This document shows positions 54,421 through 63,571 of a stretch of DNA of 64,000 bases, in pieces. Both the position numbers and the translations under genes were made by a program. The DNA lies in IMG/VR virus record IMGVR_UViG_3300043411_002784. The stretch is one strand, 5' to 3'. Each line of letters begins with the position of its first letter. The stretch's first letter is position 1. Below the pieces are notes generated by a model that worked only from the letters and a program-made list of their open reading frames with translations, was not told the origin of the DNA and searched no databases. The stretch is from a virus. Its lineage: Duplodnaviria; Heunggongvirae; Uroviricota; Caudoviricetes.

Positions 54421-56115
54421 ATGCGAGTACGATTGCATCAAACGAACGAAGACTTCCAGGCTTACGACGCGGGCACGCGGAAGGGCGGCAATCTGACGCC
54501 GGCTCAAATGCGGTTCGCCGACGCATGGCGCGCGATGCGTCCCATGCAACGCGACGGCTTGCCCTGGGACTGCATGGTGTTCGGCTTCCAAGGCGGCCGC
54601 CCCACGCAGGGGGCTCCGTTCTTGACGCTCTCGACGGAGCATCCCGTCCAGCCCGCGGATTCGCTGCGGCTGTTGGGCGTGGCTCCCCTTCGCGTCGCCG
54701 AGACGTACTCGGACGAATATCGGCAACGGCATGCGGCGCTGCGGGAACGCGGTTCGCATTACCGTCTGCATTTCTTTGACCTTGGCAGCACGGTTCGCGA
54801 CGGCGACGTCATGTTCGATCGCAATGCGTCGAACAAGAGCTACCAAGCCGACGTCAGCAAGCTGCCGCGCCAAGACCACCAGTTCTACTCGCAACGCTGC
54901 TTCGACCCCGGGTCGATCGGCGGACTGGTGGCCGAGGCGTCGCAGCTGCCGTCTCCGGCGGCCCAATTGCTCGCGCCCCGCAGCGGGGCGGTGACGACCA
55001 TGCGGGACGACCTCCACTTCCGCATCATGATCGAGGGCTTCGACGCGTTCCGTTTCCGGCTCAAAGACCTGCCGGGGATCGAACTGCTCAAAGCCTCCGG
55101 CCAGGTGCGGCAAGGCGAGGTGCTAGGAACGCTGACGACGGCGATGGATTTCCAGGAAGCCGAATACAACGGCAACGAACCCCGGATCTGCTACATCGGC
55201 GGCGAAGTGCTGTCGGCGTCGCGGAATCTCGCTCATCTGGCTTTTGCGACCGACGCGATCCTGGACATGGTCCAGTACGCCAAGTCGCAGGAACAGGACG
55301 AGACGCTGCTGGCAGGCAGCGACCCGGCGGCCATCATGCCGCGGCACCTGGTGCAGTTTCCGTCGTCCGTCATCAAGGACCGGTACGAGCACGGGTGGCA
55401 GCCGAACGCCGCGTTCGGCAAGCTGCTCTGCTACTACTTGGGCCCGGAAGCGAAGGCGGCGGGCGAGAACTTTCTCGCCTTGCGGGCTCCGGTGACGGGG
55501 ATCCTCTCGGCCGTCGCGCGTGACGACGAAGCGGTCATGCTGACGTTCGTCGATCACGACGGGCAGCAACACGGGCTGGCGGCTCCGGCCTCCGCCGTGT
55601 TGGGCGCCAAGGCGGCGAAGATCTTGGCTGAGGGCGAGGACGTCGAAGTTGTCGAGGGCGAAGCCCTGGGCGACTACGTGCCGCGCCGTTGGTACGAGAA
55701 TCTGGCCGAAGTGGCGGCTCTCGCCGGCGAGCGGGGCCTCCGCAAGATCGAGTCGGAGATGTTCGACGCCATGCTCCTGCGGCCGGGCCAGCTCAACTGG
55801 CGCGGCGAGGGCGTGTGCGTCGATCGGCAGTTCGTCAACGAGCAGCTCCTCCCGCTGGCCATCGGCCACTGGGTGGACTTCTCCGCGCTTGAGGCGTTTT
55901 TCGTTCCGGAGTACAACCTGTACCGGTTGCCGCCGATGCAGTACGACGCGAAGATCTTCGGATTCTCGCGAACCGTCAACCAGATTCACTATGACTTCAC
56001 CCCGTACGGACCTATGTTCCAGGGGATTTCGCAGCGCGTCGCCGAGGGCGACCAGCGCGCACGTCGCCGGTCGCGTCGCGGCCGCCGTCGCCGAAATCGT
56101 TCGAAGTCTGAGTGA
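54421..56115 (+). CDS. hypothetical large protein with an Arg-rich C-terminal tail (candidate structural protein)
   Basis: 564 aa; C-terminus RARRRSRRGRRRRNRSKSE. Confidence 0.5.
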   Translation: MRVRLHQTNEDFQAYDAGTRKGGNLTPAQMRFADAWRAMRPMQRDGLPWDCMVFGFQGGRPTQGAPFLTLSTEHPVQPADSLRLLGVAPLRVAETYSDEYRQRHAALRERGSHYRLHFFDLGSTVRDGDVMFDRNASNKSYQADVSKLPRQDHQFYSQRCFDPGSIGGLVAEASQLPSPAAQLLAPRSGAVTTMRDDLHFRIMIEGFDAFRFRLKDLPGIELLKASGQVRQGEVLGTLTTAMDFQEAEYNGNEPRICYIGGEVLSASRNLAHLAFATDAILDMVQYAKSQEQDETLLAGSDPAAIMPRHLVQFPSSVIKDRYEHGWQPNAAFGKLLCYYLGPEAKAAGENFLALRAPVTGILSAVARDDEAVMLTFVDHDGQQHGLAAPASAVLGAKAAKILAEGEDVEVVEGEALGDYVPRRWYENLAEVAALAGERGLRKIESEMFDAMLLRPGQLNWRGEGVCVDRQFVNEQLLPLAIGHWVDFSALEAFFVPEYNLYRLPPMQYDAKIFGFSRTVNQIHYDFTPYGPMFQGISQRVAEGDQRARRRSRRGRRRRNRSKSE

Positions 56116-56192
56116 ATCTGGTGAAGACAGGGGGAGGCGGCGATCGCCGCCTCCCCTTCTTTAACTCTTGGCTATCAAGGTAAACTAGAACG

Positions 56193-57176
56193 ATGAGCGA
56201 CGTCGACTACGCAAGCCGTCAAGACTGGAGCCCCCAGGCCCAGCCGCCCGGCCCGGACGGGGTGATGGCTCATACCGCCGATCCCACGAAGTATTTCAAC
56301 GCCGGCAATCGCACCGTGATCCCGCGAGCCGTGCCAGGCGAAAACTTCGGGGCGTCGCAAGGCGTCATGCCGACGGTCATTCACATCGATCCCAGCGAGC
56401 CGATGACCGGAGCAGGCGGCCCGGCCATCGACATGTCCAAGCTCGATCCCGCGCTGGTCGCCAAGGCGACTCAGCTAGGCCGCAACCCGGCTGAGCGGTT
56501 AGAACAGTACGTCAGACTCGCCAGCGAAGCTCAGACAGGCTCACAGCCGATTGGAACCCCCGTCGTGTCGCAACCAGCGCCTGTCATTCCCACGCTCGCT
56601 CCGCCGCCGTACGTGAACAATCCGCCGCAGGCTCCGGTCTTGCCGTCGCCGTCCGTCCCGCCTGCCGATCAAACGCATCTCTTGGCCCAGCTCGCCGCGC
56701 TCGTGAGTCAGGGCGTCGTGCCCGTGCCGGCCCCGCCCAACTACGCCGAACAAGCGGCCCAGCGTCAGGCCGTCGTCGACACGCGGCTGCTCGAAGAGCT
56801 CAAGATGCCTTTTCTGACGTCGCCGCCTTCGGCGCCCGGCGTCCCCGTCATCTACTATTTCCCGCACGGCAAGTTTAAGGCCTCCTACCACCACGTCGTG
56901 AAGCGGGGCGCTTGCCTGTCGCTGATCTACGACAATCGGCTGGAAGGCCACTCGCAGTTCGTGCCCGAAGCGCTCACGGACGCCGACGGGGCCCCGCTGC
57001 CCCTGCGGCTCGAAGTGCCTGGTCAGCGGCTCGACCTGCAGGTGGTGATCACCGACCTGGCGATCACCGTCGGCTGCCTCGACATCATCACCCTGGTCGT
57101 GTTGGACGACGGCGAGGATCGCGAACATGCGGTCGACTCGCTGCACGGCCATCCGGATCTGTCCGGCGGAGTCTAG
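56193..57176 (+). CDS. hypothetical Pro-rich protein (candidate structural or scaffold protein)
   Basis: 327 aa with a PAPVIPTLAPPPYVNNPPQAPVLPSPSVPP segment. Confidence 0.45.
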   Translation: MSDVDYASRQDWSPQAQPPGPDGVMAHTADPTKYFNAGNRTVIPRAVPGENFGASQGVMPTVIHIDPSEPMTGAGGPAIDMSKLDPALVAKATQLGRNPAERLEQYVRLASEAQTGSQPIGTPVVSQPAPVIPTLAPPPYVNNPPQAPVLPSPSVPPADQTHLLAQLAALVSQGVVPVPAPPNYAEQAAQRQAVVDTRLLEELKMPFLTSPPSAPGVPVIYYFPHGKFKASYHHVVKRGACLSLIYDNRLEGHSQFVPEALTDADGAPLPLRLEVPGQRLDLQVVITDLAITVGCLDIITLVVLDDGEDREHAVDSLHGHPDLSGGV

Positions 57177-57378
57177 TATGGAAAAACGCGGAGTCATCGA
57201 ACCGGGCCGTACGCCGCCCGAGGACGATCAAGACAAGACGGCGTCGGATCTCGAATCGCACGTCGTCCAGCGCGCTGCCGACGCAGCCAAAGAGGCCGCG
57301 GGCAAGCACGTATTCACTGAAGACGACTGAGTCTTCGCCCGGTCACGACGACCCGGTTCTCGGAAAGGATTCCGACCC

Positions 57379-59283
57379 ATGCAATACGACAATGGCGATA
57401 GTCTGTTTGAGTTCGGACGGCGGGGATCTAGCTTCCCCACGCCCTTCCTCGATCAGGCCACGCAGGCCATGCCGACGGACCTGCGCAGCGCCCTGTCGTG
57501 GAGCGAATACATCTGGATGTCGAACCCGACGTACCGGATGTCCCAAGAGCGGATCGCCGCCTACTTCCTGACCGATCTGGAGGTCAGCTCGGCCGACGAC
57601 GACACGGCCGTCGGCGACGACGAGAAGGACAAGTGGCTCGACTTCTGCAACAACACGTTGGCGGTGCCGGCGGTCATCCAGGCCCTTGATCTCGACAAGG
57701 CCTGCTACGGCAACGGGTTCGCCAGCCTCGCGGTGCCGTTCAAGCGGATGCTCGTCAGCGAGCTGTCGCGTTCGCAGATGGCGTTCGCCGAGATGGTGGG
57801 GCACCCGCGCTTCAAGCTCGCCTACGACGCCGGGGCGAACAAATTCACGGCCAACGATCCGCTGGCCAACGACCAGCGCTGCACCTGGACGATCGAGGAT
57901 CTGCCCGACAATCTCGAACAGAAGCTGAAGGTGAAGCTCTGGTCGCCGCACGAGATCGAGATCATTCACGATCCGTGGACGGGCGACTGCGACTACGTCT
58001 GGAAGATTCCCGCGCATTACAAGCAAGAGATTCGCCGCGGCAACATGCACCTGTTGGAACGAGCGCCTAAGCAGGTGCTCGCCGCGATCGCCGCGAACAA
58101 GTGGTTCATGTTCGAGCGGGACGCCCTCTTCCACATGAAGGAGCCGACCCTCTCGGGGATTCTTTCCCGCGGCTGGGGCCTCTCCCGCGTGATGGCCAAC
58201 TTCCGGGACGTGTGGTACGTCCAGGTGCTGCGTCGCTACAACGAAGCGATCGCCATGGATTACGTGATCCCTTTCCGGGTGATCACGCCGGAGGTGCGTT
58301 CGGGCTCGGGCCAAAGCGGCCTGACCACCGATCCGCTGCTCAGCAGCAATATGGGCGGCTTCGGCGCGGCGGTCCGCAGCATGCTGCGTCGTCGGCGGCG
58401 CAATCCGACCGAATGGCACATGCTGCCGTTCCCCGTGCAGTACCAGGCCCTGGGCGGCGACGCCAAGCAATTGGCCCCCGCCGAACTGCTCGACCAGGCC
58501 TACGACATCCTGCTCAACGCCGGCGGAGCTCCGGCCCAGCTTTACCGCGGCACCTTGGAACTACAAACCGCCCCCGTGTCGCTGCGTCTGTTCGAAGCGA
58601 CCCACCACGCTCTGGTCCACGGCAACAACCAATTTTTGCGTTGGCTCGTCAAGCAAACGTCGCAACTGCTCTCGTTCAAGCAGATCGAGCTGCGCATGCA
58701 ACGCGTGACGATGGCCGACGACTTCCAGAAGACGATGACCGCCATGCAGCTCTACATGGGCCAGCAGCTCTCGGGCGGATCGGCCTTCCGGATGCTGGGG
58801 CTCGACTGGGCGGCGGAGCAACGTCGCATCGCGGAAGAGGCGGGCTATGCGGGACGTCTGCAAGCCGAAGTGCAGGAAGAGCAAAGCCAAGCGGCGTTTG
58901 GCGAGCAGATCGCCAAGGGCCAGGCGGGACCTGGCGGAGCGCCTCCTGGAGGCGCAGCGCCTCCCGCCGGCGGCGCGGCTCCGGCCGGGGGCGGCGATCC
59001 GGCGGCCCAGGGCGGAGCTCCAAGTCCCGTCCAGTCGCTTATGTCGACCAACCAGAACGTCGCGATCACGCCGCTCGAACTGGAGCAGCAAGCCGACGGC
59101 CTGGCCACCGAACTGCTGGGGCTGCCCGAGACGCAGCGGCTCAGCGAACTCCGCATGCTCAAACAGCAATCTGAGGTTCTCCACGCGCTGGTTTCCGCTA
59201 AGCTGGACCAACGTCGCAGCAGCGCCCGATCCGCCGGACAGGCGATGCTGCTTGGTCAACAAGGAGCCGCTCCGGCGGCCTAG
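57379..59283 (+). CDS. putative portal protein (T7-like head-to-tail connector?)
   Basis: 634 aa; a Gln/Ala/Gly-rich segment followed by a C-terminal coiled coil, as in podovirus portals; no strong motif, call is tentative. Confidence 0.35.
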   Translation: MQYDNGDSLFEFGRRGSSFPTPFLDQATQAMPTDLRSALSWSEYIWMSNPTYRMSQERIAAYFLTDLEVSSADDDTAVGDDEKDKWLDFCNNTLAVPAVIQALDLDKACYGNGFASLAVPFKRMLVSELSRSQMAFAEMVGHPRFKLAYDAGANKFTANDPLANDQRCTWTIEDLPDNLEQKLKVKLWSPHEIEIIHDPWTGDCDYVWKIPAHYKQEIRRGNMHLLERAPKQVLAAIAANKWFMFERDALFHMKEPTLSGILSRGWGLSRVMANFRDVWYVQVLRRYNEAIAMDYVIPFRVITPEVRSGSGQSGLTTDPLLSSNMGGFGAAVRSMLRRRRRNPTEWHMLPFPVQYQALGGDAKQLAPAELLDQAYDILLNAGGAPAQLYRGTLELQTAPVSLRLFEATHHALVHGNNQFLRWLVKQTSQLLSFKQIELRMQRVTMADDFQKTMTAMQLYMGQQLSGGSAFRMLGLDWAAEQRRIAEEAGYAGRLQAEVQEEQSQAAFGEQIAKGQAGPGGAPPGGAAPPAGGAAPAGGGDPAAQGGAPSPVQSLMSTNQNVAITPLELEQQADGLATELLGLPETQRLSELRMLKQQSEVLHALVSAKLDQRRSSARSAGQAMLLGQQGAAPAA

Positions 59284-59300
59284 CCTGACGGAGACTCTTC

Positions 59301-60125
59301 GTGCTCACGACCGTTCCGACTTTGGACAAGACAAAGAACGGCCTGGCCTTCGTGCTGCCGTTGTACGGGAGCTTTGACTACGGCCGCAAAGCGGCGCTGT
59401 CGTTCTTCGCGAGAACGCCCGTCGAGCTCAACCCGGTGCTCCTCACGTTCGACGACGCGTCGCCGGGCTCCGAGAAGGAAGACTGGAACGCTTGGTACGA
59501 GGGGCTGCCGAGGGAACGCTGCTTTCATCGTCGCTATCCGGCGAACGGCGGCTTGACCCGCTCCTGGAACCACGGCCTCGGGGTCGCTCACGACCTCCAG
59601 TGTCGTTACGCGATCGCCGGCAACAGCGACGTGCTGTTCACGCCCTTCTGGTCCGACGGGCTGCGGTACGTCCTCGACCAGGGCCTCGCCAAGCTCGTCG
59701 GCCCCGTGACCAACGCCCCGGGCCGCACCGAACAGAACCGCCAGAAGCAAAACGTTCGCAACTTCTATCCCGACTACTCGATGCACGAGGACGTCGACAG
59801 CGCCGAAGAGCTGCTCAAAGTCAGCACGTTCCTGAAGGATCGTTACGCTCCTCCGGGGGTCGTCGAACGCGACATCAACGGCTTCTTCATGATGGCCAAG
59901 GTCGAGGATTGGTGGGACGGCCGTTTCGACAAGCACCACGTCTTCAACCCGGCCAACAAGATGGTGGGCAACGAGGACGAGCTCGTGATGCGGTGGAAGA
60001 AACGCGGTACGACGGTGGGCTTCGTTCCCGCGTCGTACATCTTCCACTACCGCAGCGTGTCTCGCGTCGTCAAAGGCGTCGACGTCGGCCGCCACCGTCC
60101 GAAGAACCTGAACAAAGAGTTCTAA
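59301..60125 (+). CDS. GT-A fold glycosyltransferase (family 2-like)
   Basis: VLPLYGSFDYG...DDASPG...NGGLTRSWNHGL...GNSDVLF pattern. Confidence 0.45.
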   Translation: MLTTVPTLDKTKNGLAFVLPLYGSFDYGRKAALSFFARTPVELNPVLLTFDDASPGSEKEDWNAWYEGLPRERCFHRRYPANGGLTRSWNHGLGVAHDLQCRYAIAGNSDVLFTPFWSDGLRYVLDQGLAKLVGPVTNAPGRTEQNRQKQNVRNFYPDYSMHEDVDSAEELLKVSTFLKDRYAPPGVVERDINGFFMMAKVEDWWDGRFDKHHVFNPANKMVGNEDELVMRWKKRGTTVGFVPASYIFHYRSVSRVVKGVDVGRHRPKNLNKEF

Positions 60126-60805
60126 TGCCGTTGCTGACCGTCTACACGGCGATCACGAGCAAAGGGCTCGACAGCCTGCAGCTGCCGACGGTCCCGCAGT
60201 CGCCCGACGTCCGCATGGTCGCCTATTTGCCTGACGCGAAGCCCGGCGATCGCTGCGGTCCTTGGGAGCTGCAGCCGCCCGTCTGGAAGCGAGCCGACAG
60301 TCCGCGACGCCTCGCCAGGCGTCACAAGCTGCTGTCGCATTCGCTTTTTCCGGATTCGGAATATACGCTTTGGCTCGACGGCACCGTGCAGCTGACCAAG
60401 GACGCCTTGTCGCTGGTCCCCGAGCGGCTGCAGGGCCGCGACGCTTGCTTCTTCAAGCATTCCCAGCGGGACTGCGTCTATCAGGAAGGACGTGCTTGCA
60501 TTCGTTTGCGGAAGGACGATCCGATCGTCATCCGCGCTCAGCTAGCGGGCTACCAGGCCGACGGCTACCCGGCGCACCACGGGCTGTGCGAGAATGGCAT
60601 CATCCTGCGACGCAACACGCCGGCGATCGCCAAGCTGAATGAAACGTGGTGGATGGAGATCACGCGGCATAGTCTGCGGGATCAGTTGAGCTTGAATTAT
60701 CTCTGCTGGCGTTTGAAGATTCCTTTCGCCACCTTTGACGGCACCGTCTACAAGAACGATTTCTCCGTCTTCCATCCTCACAACCGCAACGCGCCGCGGT
60801 CCTGA
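60125..60805 (+). CDS. hypothetical protein (DUF616-like putative glycosyltransferase?)
   Basis: TAATG coupling; weak resemblance only. Confidence 0.35.
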   Translation: MPLLTVYTAITSKGLDSLQLPTVPQSPDVRMVAYLPDAKPGDRCGPWELQPPVWKRADSPRRLARRHKLLSHSLFPDSEYTLWLDGTVQLTKDALSLVPERLQGRDACFFKHSQRDCVYQEGRACIRLRKDDPIVIRAQLAGYQADGYPAHHGLCENGIILRRNTPAIAKLNETWWMEITRHSLRDQLSLNYLCWRLKIPFATFDGTVYKNDFSVFHPHNRNAPRS

Positions 60806-60819
60806 GTCGACATAACGCC

Positions 60820-61860
60820 ATGGCTTCGCCCACTAAGATCGGCTTCTACCTGAACTACGCCTGGGACGAGCCGACGCGCACCGCCTGCGCGATCGCCGAC
60901 ACCCTGACGTCGCTCGGGGTCTCCGTGACGATGCTCTCGTCCTCGCCGCGTCGCGACGACGTGCACGCCTACTGGGACGAGCGCGTCTACAGCGAGCATC
61001 GCATCAAGTTCGACGAGTGGGCGAACCGCTGCTCGCACTTGATCTGGCTCGACGTCCCGCCCCCCGAGAAGCTCCAGTCGCAGCGGCGGCAGAACGTGCT
61101 GCTGTTCCCCTGGCATCGCATCACGGCGGAGCAGGTCAAGCAGCTGCAAGGCTATCGCGCGATCCTCTGTCCCAGCAAAGCGAGCTTCAGCCTGCTGCAG
61201 AAGCTGGGTCACTCGACGGCGATCGATCTCTCCCTGTTCGACGTCTTCGAGCCGATGCTGGAGCCCAAGCACACGGGCCAGCGGCGGCTCTTCTGCCCTA
61301 TCGACTCCTACACCGCCAGGGCGGCCGGCCTGGGGCTGCTCCACTCGCTGCAGGTGCTGCTCGACGCGGACATGGAGCTGCACGTGACGATCGGCTACGG
61401 CCGCAACTGGAGCGCCGAGGGGATCAAAGCCTTGGAAGGCATGAGCCTGCGGCACGGCGATCGCCTGACGCTGCTCAAGCGGCCCACCTGGCTGACGCGC
61501 TGCGAAGCCTACCTGACGCACGACCTGGTTTGCGACTTCTCGCTGCGGCAGACGACGGGGCTGTTCGCCCTGGAGGCCCTGGCCCACGGCCGGCCCGTGC
61601 TCGCCTTCGACGTCGCTCCCATGCAGGAGATCGTCCAAGAGGGGGAGACTGGTTGGCGGGTCCCCTGCGGCATCGCGTACAATTCAATCAACGCCCCGGA
61701 GGTCGTCGTCAACCACGCCGACCTGCTCGATCGCCTCAAGACGGCGATCGACGCCGTGGCGGCGAAGCAACTCGCTCCGGCGAAGTTTTGGAAGACCCAG
61801 CGGCGTCAACGTCGCGACCGCTTTAGCGGCTCGCTGAAGGTGGCGCTTGATTTGATCTAG
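60820..61860 (+). CDS. GT-B glycosyltransferase (family 1/4)
   Basis: ALEALAHGRPVLAFDVAPMQEIVQEGETGWRV is the GT1 EX7E region. Confidence 0.7.
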   Translation: MASPTKIGFYLNYAWDEPTRTACAIADTLTSLGVSVTMLSSSPRRDDVHAYWDERVYSEHRIKFDEWANRCSHLIWLDVPPPEKLQSQRRQNVLLFPWHRITAEQVKQLQGYRAILCPSKASFSLLQKLGHSTAIDLSLFDVFEPMLEPKHTGQRRLFCPIDSYTARAAGLGLLHSLQVLLDADMELHVTIGYGRNWSAEGIKALEGMSLRHGDRLTLLKRPTWLTRCEAYLTHDLVCDFSLRQTTGLFALEALAHGRPVLAFDVAPMQEIVQEGETGWRVPCGIAYNSINAPEVVVNHADLLDRLKTAIDAVAAKQLAPAKFWKTQRRQRRDRFSGSLKVALDLI

Positions 61861-61873
61861 GAGGCCGTCAAGG

Positions 61874-62110
61874 ATGACGCCCATTGAATTCGCCTGTTGG
61901 CTCGGCAAGGAAGCGGGCCAGCGACAATCCTATCGCACGCGGTCCGTCCCTGTGCGCGGGGCGAACGCCGCGGCGAACATTCACAAGGCTCTCCATGACC
62001 CCGTCCCGGATGCCAGACAACTTCCGCGCTCCTACGGTTTCCGAGTTGGCCGACCGTCGGTACCGAGCGTGGGCGACGTACAACCCAGTGATGCGGGTGA
62101 CGCCGGCTGA
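61874..62110 (+). CDS. ORF with a strong ribosome-binding site; possible 5' part of a frameshifted gene that continues in the +1 frame to 62606
   Basis: AGGAGG 10 nt before the ATG at 61874; frame A looks protein-like for about 45 codons, then the +1 frame (ORF 61884..62606) takes over the coding GC3 signal near 62000-62040. Confidence 0.35.
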   Translation: MTPIEFACWLGKEAGQRQSYRTRSVPVRGANAAANIHKALHDPVPDARQLPRSYGFRVGRPSVPSVGDVQPSDAGDAG

Positions 62111-62606
62111 GTTCGTCGACCTGTTGGCGATCGCCCGCGTCAAAAGCGACAAGCTCCGCCCCGTCGCCGACGCCGAGCCGACCAACGCCGTGTTGGAAGC
62201 GAAGGCGAAGCGGGCCGAGGAAATTTATTCGCAACTGGCCGCGTCGATGGTTCAGTTGCCGGCGGCCGTCAGCGACCTCCTATTGCCGGTGCTCGGCAAG
62301 CTCGTCCTTCTGCACGAAACGCTCTGGGAGACGGAGGACGAGCTGCGTTCGCTCGATCTCGTCGTCCACTGGTCCGACGGCGGCGACGGGCCCGTCCCTC
62401 GCGACTGGGAGCAGGTGATCTGGACGCGATTGACGCCGGAGCTGGAGTCGGCTCTGATTCGCTACGTCACGCTGGCCCGCCTCGTCTACGTCTACAACAC
62501 GCAGCGGTCGGATCTCAAGCGCGAGCTCGACTACGAGTTCGGCTGCGAGACTGAGGTGAAGCATTACGCCCCGTTCCAAGCACCCGTAGGGAAGCCCCCG
62601 TCATGA
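61995..62606 (+). CDS. hypothetical protein (3' frame of the possible frameshifted gene)
   Basis: strong GC3 bias from about 62030 on; the ORF-track N-terminus (Arg/Ser/Pro-rich) looks out-of-frame. Confidence 0.4.
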   Translation: MTPSRMPDNFRAPTVSELADRRYRAWATYNPVMRVTPAEFVDLLAIARVKSDKLRPVADAEPTNAVLEAKAKRAEEIYSQLAASMVQLPAAVSDLLLPVLGKLVLLHETLWETEDELRSLDLVVHWSDGGDGPVPRDWEQVIWTRLTPELESALIRYVTLARLVYVYNTQRSDLKRELDYEFGCETEVKHYAPFQAPVGKPPS

Positions 62607-62938
62607 CCATGGCCGACCCCGATCCTGGCAACGTCCCCCTGGCTCAACGCCTCACGGATCTGCAACCGTTGTTGGTCCATCTGGAGAACGAGTTCGCCGA
62701 CTGGGCGACGAATCAGCCTGGCTGCGACAACTGGGCGCCGGACGTCGCCGTCCGCAGGTTCATCGAGTTCAGCCACGAGTACCTGTCGACGCTGAACCGT
62801 CCCGTGCGCGTTGACTTCGCGGGGGCGACCACCAACAACTTCGTGCTGCAGCTGCAGGATCTTACGCAATGCCTGCTCGTGCCGCGGCCGCCTGAGCCCG
62901 AGGGCTTCGTCGACGCGGGCGGAGCGGTGCGGGTCTGA
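62603..62938 (+). CDS. hypothetical protein
   Basis: 111-aa ORF, ATGA coupling. Confidence 0.45.
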   Translation: MTMADPDPGNVPLAQRLTDLQPLLVHLENEFADWATNQPGCDNWAPDVAVRRFIEFSHEYLSTLNRPVRVDFAGATTNNFVLQLQDLTQCLLVPRPPEPEGFVDAGGAVRV

Positions 62939-62956
62939 TTATTATCTCGTGAAAAG
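62937..62956. repeat. GATTATTATCTCGTGAAAAG element variant
   Basis: shares the ATTATC(A/T)CGTGAAAA string with the copy at 17373; sits between the stop at 62938 and the terminator. Confidence 0.4.
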
Positions 62957-62961
62957 AATAT

Positions 62962-62991
62962 CGCCCCGGGGGCCTGCTAAGCCCCGGGGCG
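62962..62991. terminator. bidirectional intrinsic terminator
   Basis: CGCCCCGGGG...CCCCGGGGCG 10-bp stem; on the minus strand it is followed by ATATTCTTTTC, serving the convergent minus-strand gene. Confidence 0.6.
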
Positions 62992-63023
62992 ACGTCGTCG
63001 CCACTTTCAATTGAAGGTCGCAA

Positions 63024-63479
63024 CTAACGCGTCGGGACCGCAACCGACGACGTGTCGAGTTTGCCCGTGGCGCCTGAGACGACGGCGACCGGTTCGACCG
63101 GGGCGAGCAGCTTGCTGAGGCAGAGCTTGTTGAGGCTGGTCCGGTGCGTATAAGCCTCGTGACGCAGCGTATCGTGCACGCCGGCTGGCAGCCGGACGGT
63201 GATCACCATCGTCTTCTCTTCGGGCTGCCGACGCTTAGGCCCGCGGAGCTTCGCCAAGAGCGCCTGGCATTCGGTCATTACGACGCTGTCGTTGATCGTC
63301 TCGATCGCTTCCGCCGAGGGCCGCGACGCCAGGAACTTCAGGTACTTCGTCTCCGGGCCGAAGAGCGTCACGTAAGCGTGCGACCAGTTGGTGTTCGCCG
63401 CACAGTTGGCGCTAAGCCGTGCCAGACTATCGGATAGCTCGCGGGCAACGTCGTTTAGGGTGATATCCTCGTTGGGCAT
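63024..63479 (-). CDS. HicB-like / ribbon-helix-helix domain protein
   Basis: C-terminal MVITVRLPAGVHDTLRHEAYTHRTSLNKLCLSKL is an RHH (CopG/Arc-like) motif; AAAGGAG ribosome-binding site before the ATG at 63479. Confidence 0.5.
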   Translation of the reverse strand: MPNEDITLNDVARELSDSLARLSANCAANTNWSHAYVTLFGPETKYLKFLASRPSAEAIETINDSVVMTECQALLAKLRGPKRRQPEEKTMVITVRLPAGVHDTLRHEAYTHRTSLNKLCLSKLLAPVEPVAVVSGATGKLDTSSVAVPTR

Positions 63480-63531
63480 AGATGACTCCTTTCGCGAGAG
63501 GGGTTGGACGTCCAAGTCTCGTCAATGTAAT

Positions 63532-63541
63532 TTGCTAGCAA
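63532..63541. promoter_or_regulatory. TTGCTAGCAA perfect palindrome in the divergent promoter region
   Basis: between the RHH gene (minus) and the plus-strand gene at 63572. Confidence 0.4.
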
Positions 63542-63571
63542 TTCCCGTCAACGTCAGTCTAAGGAGTGACC

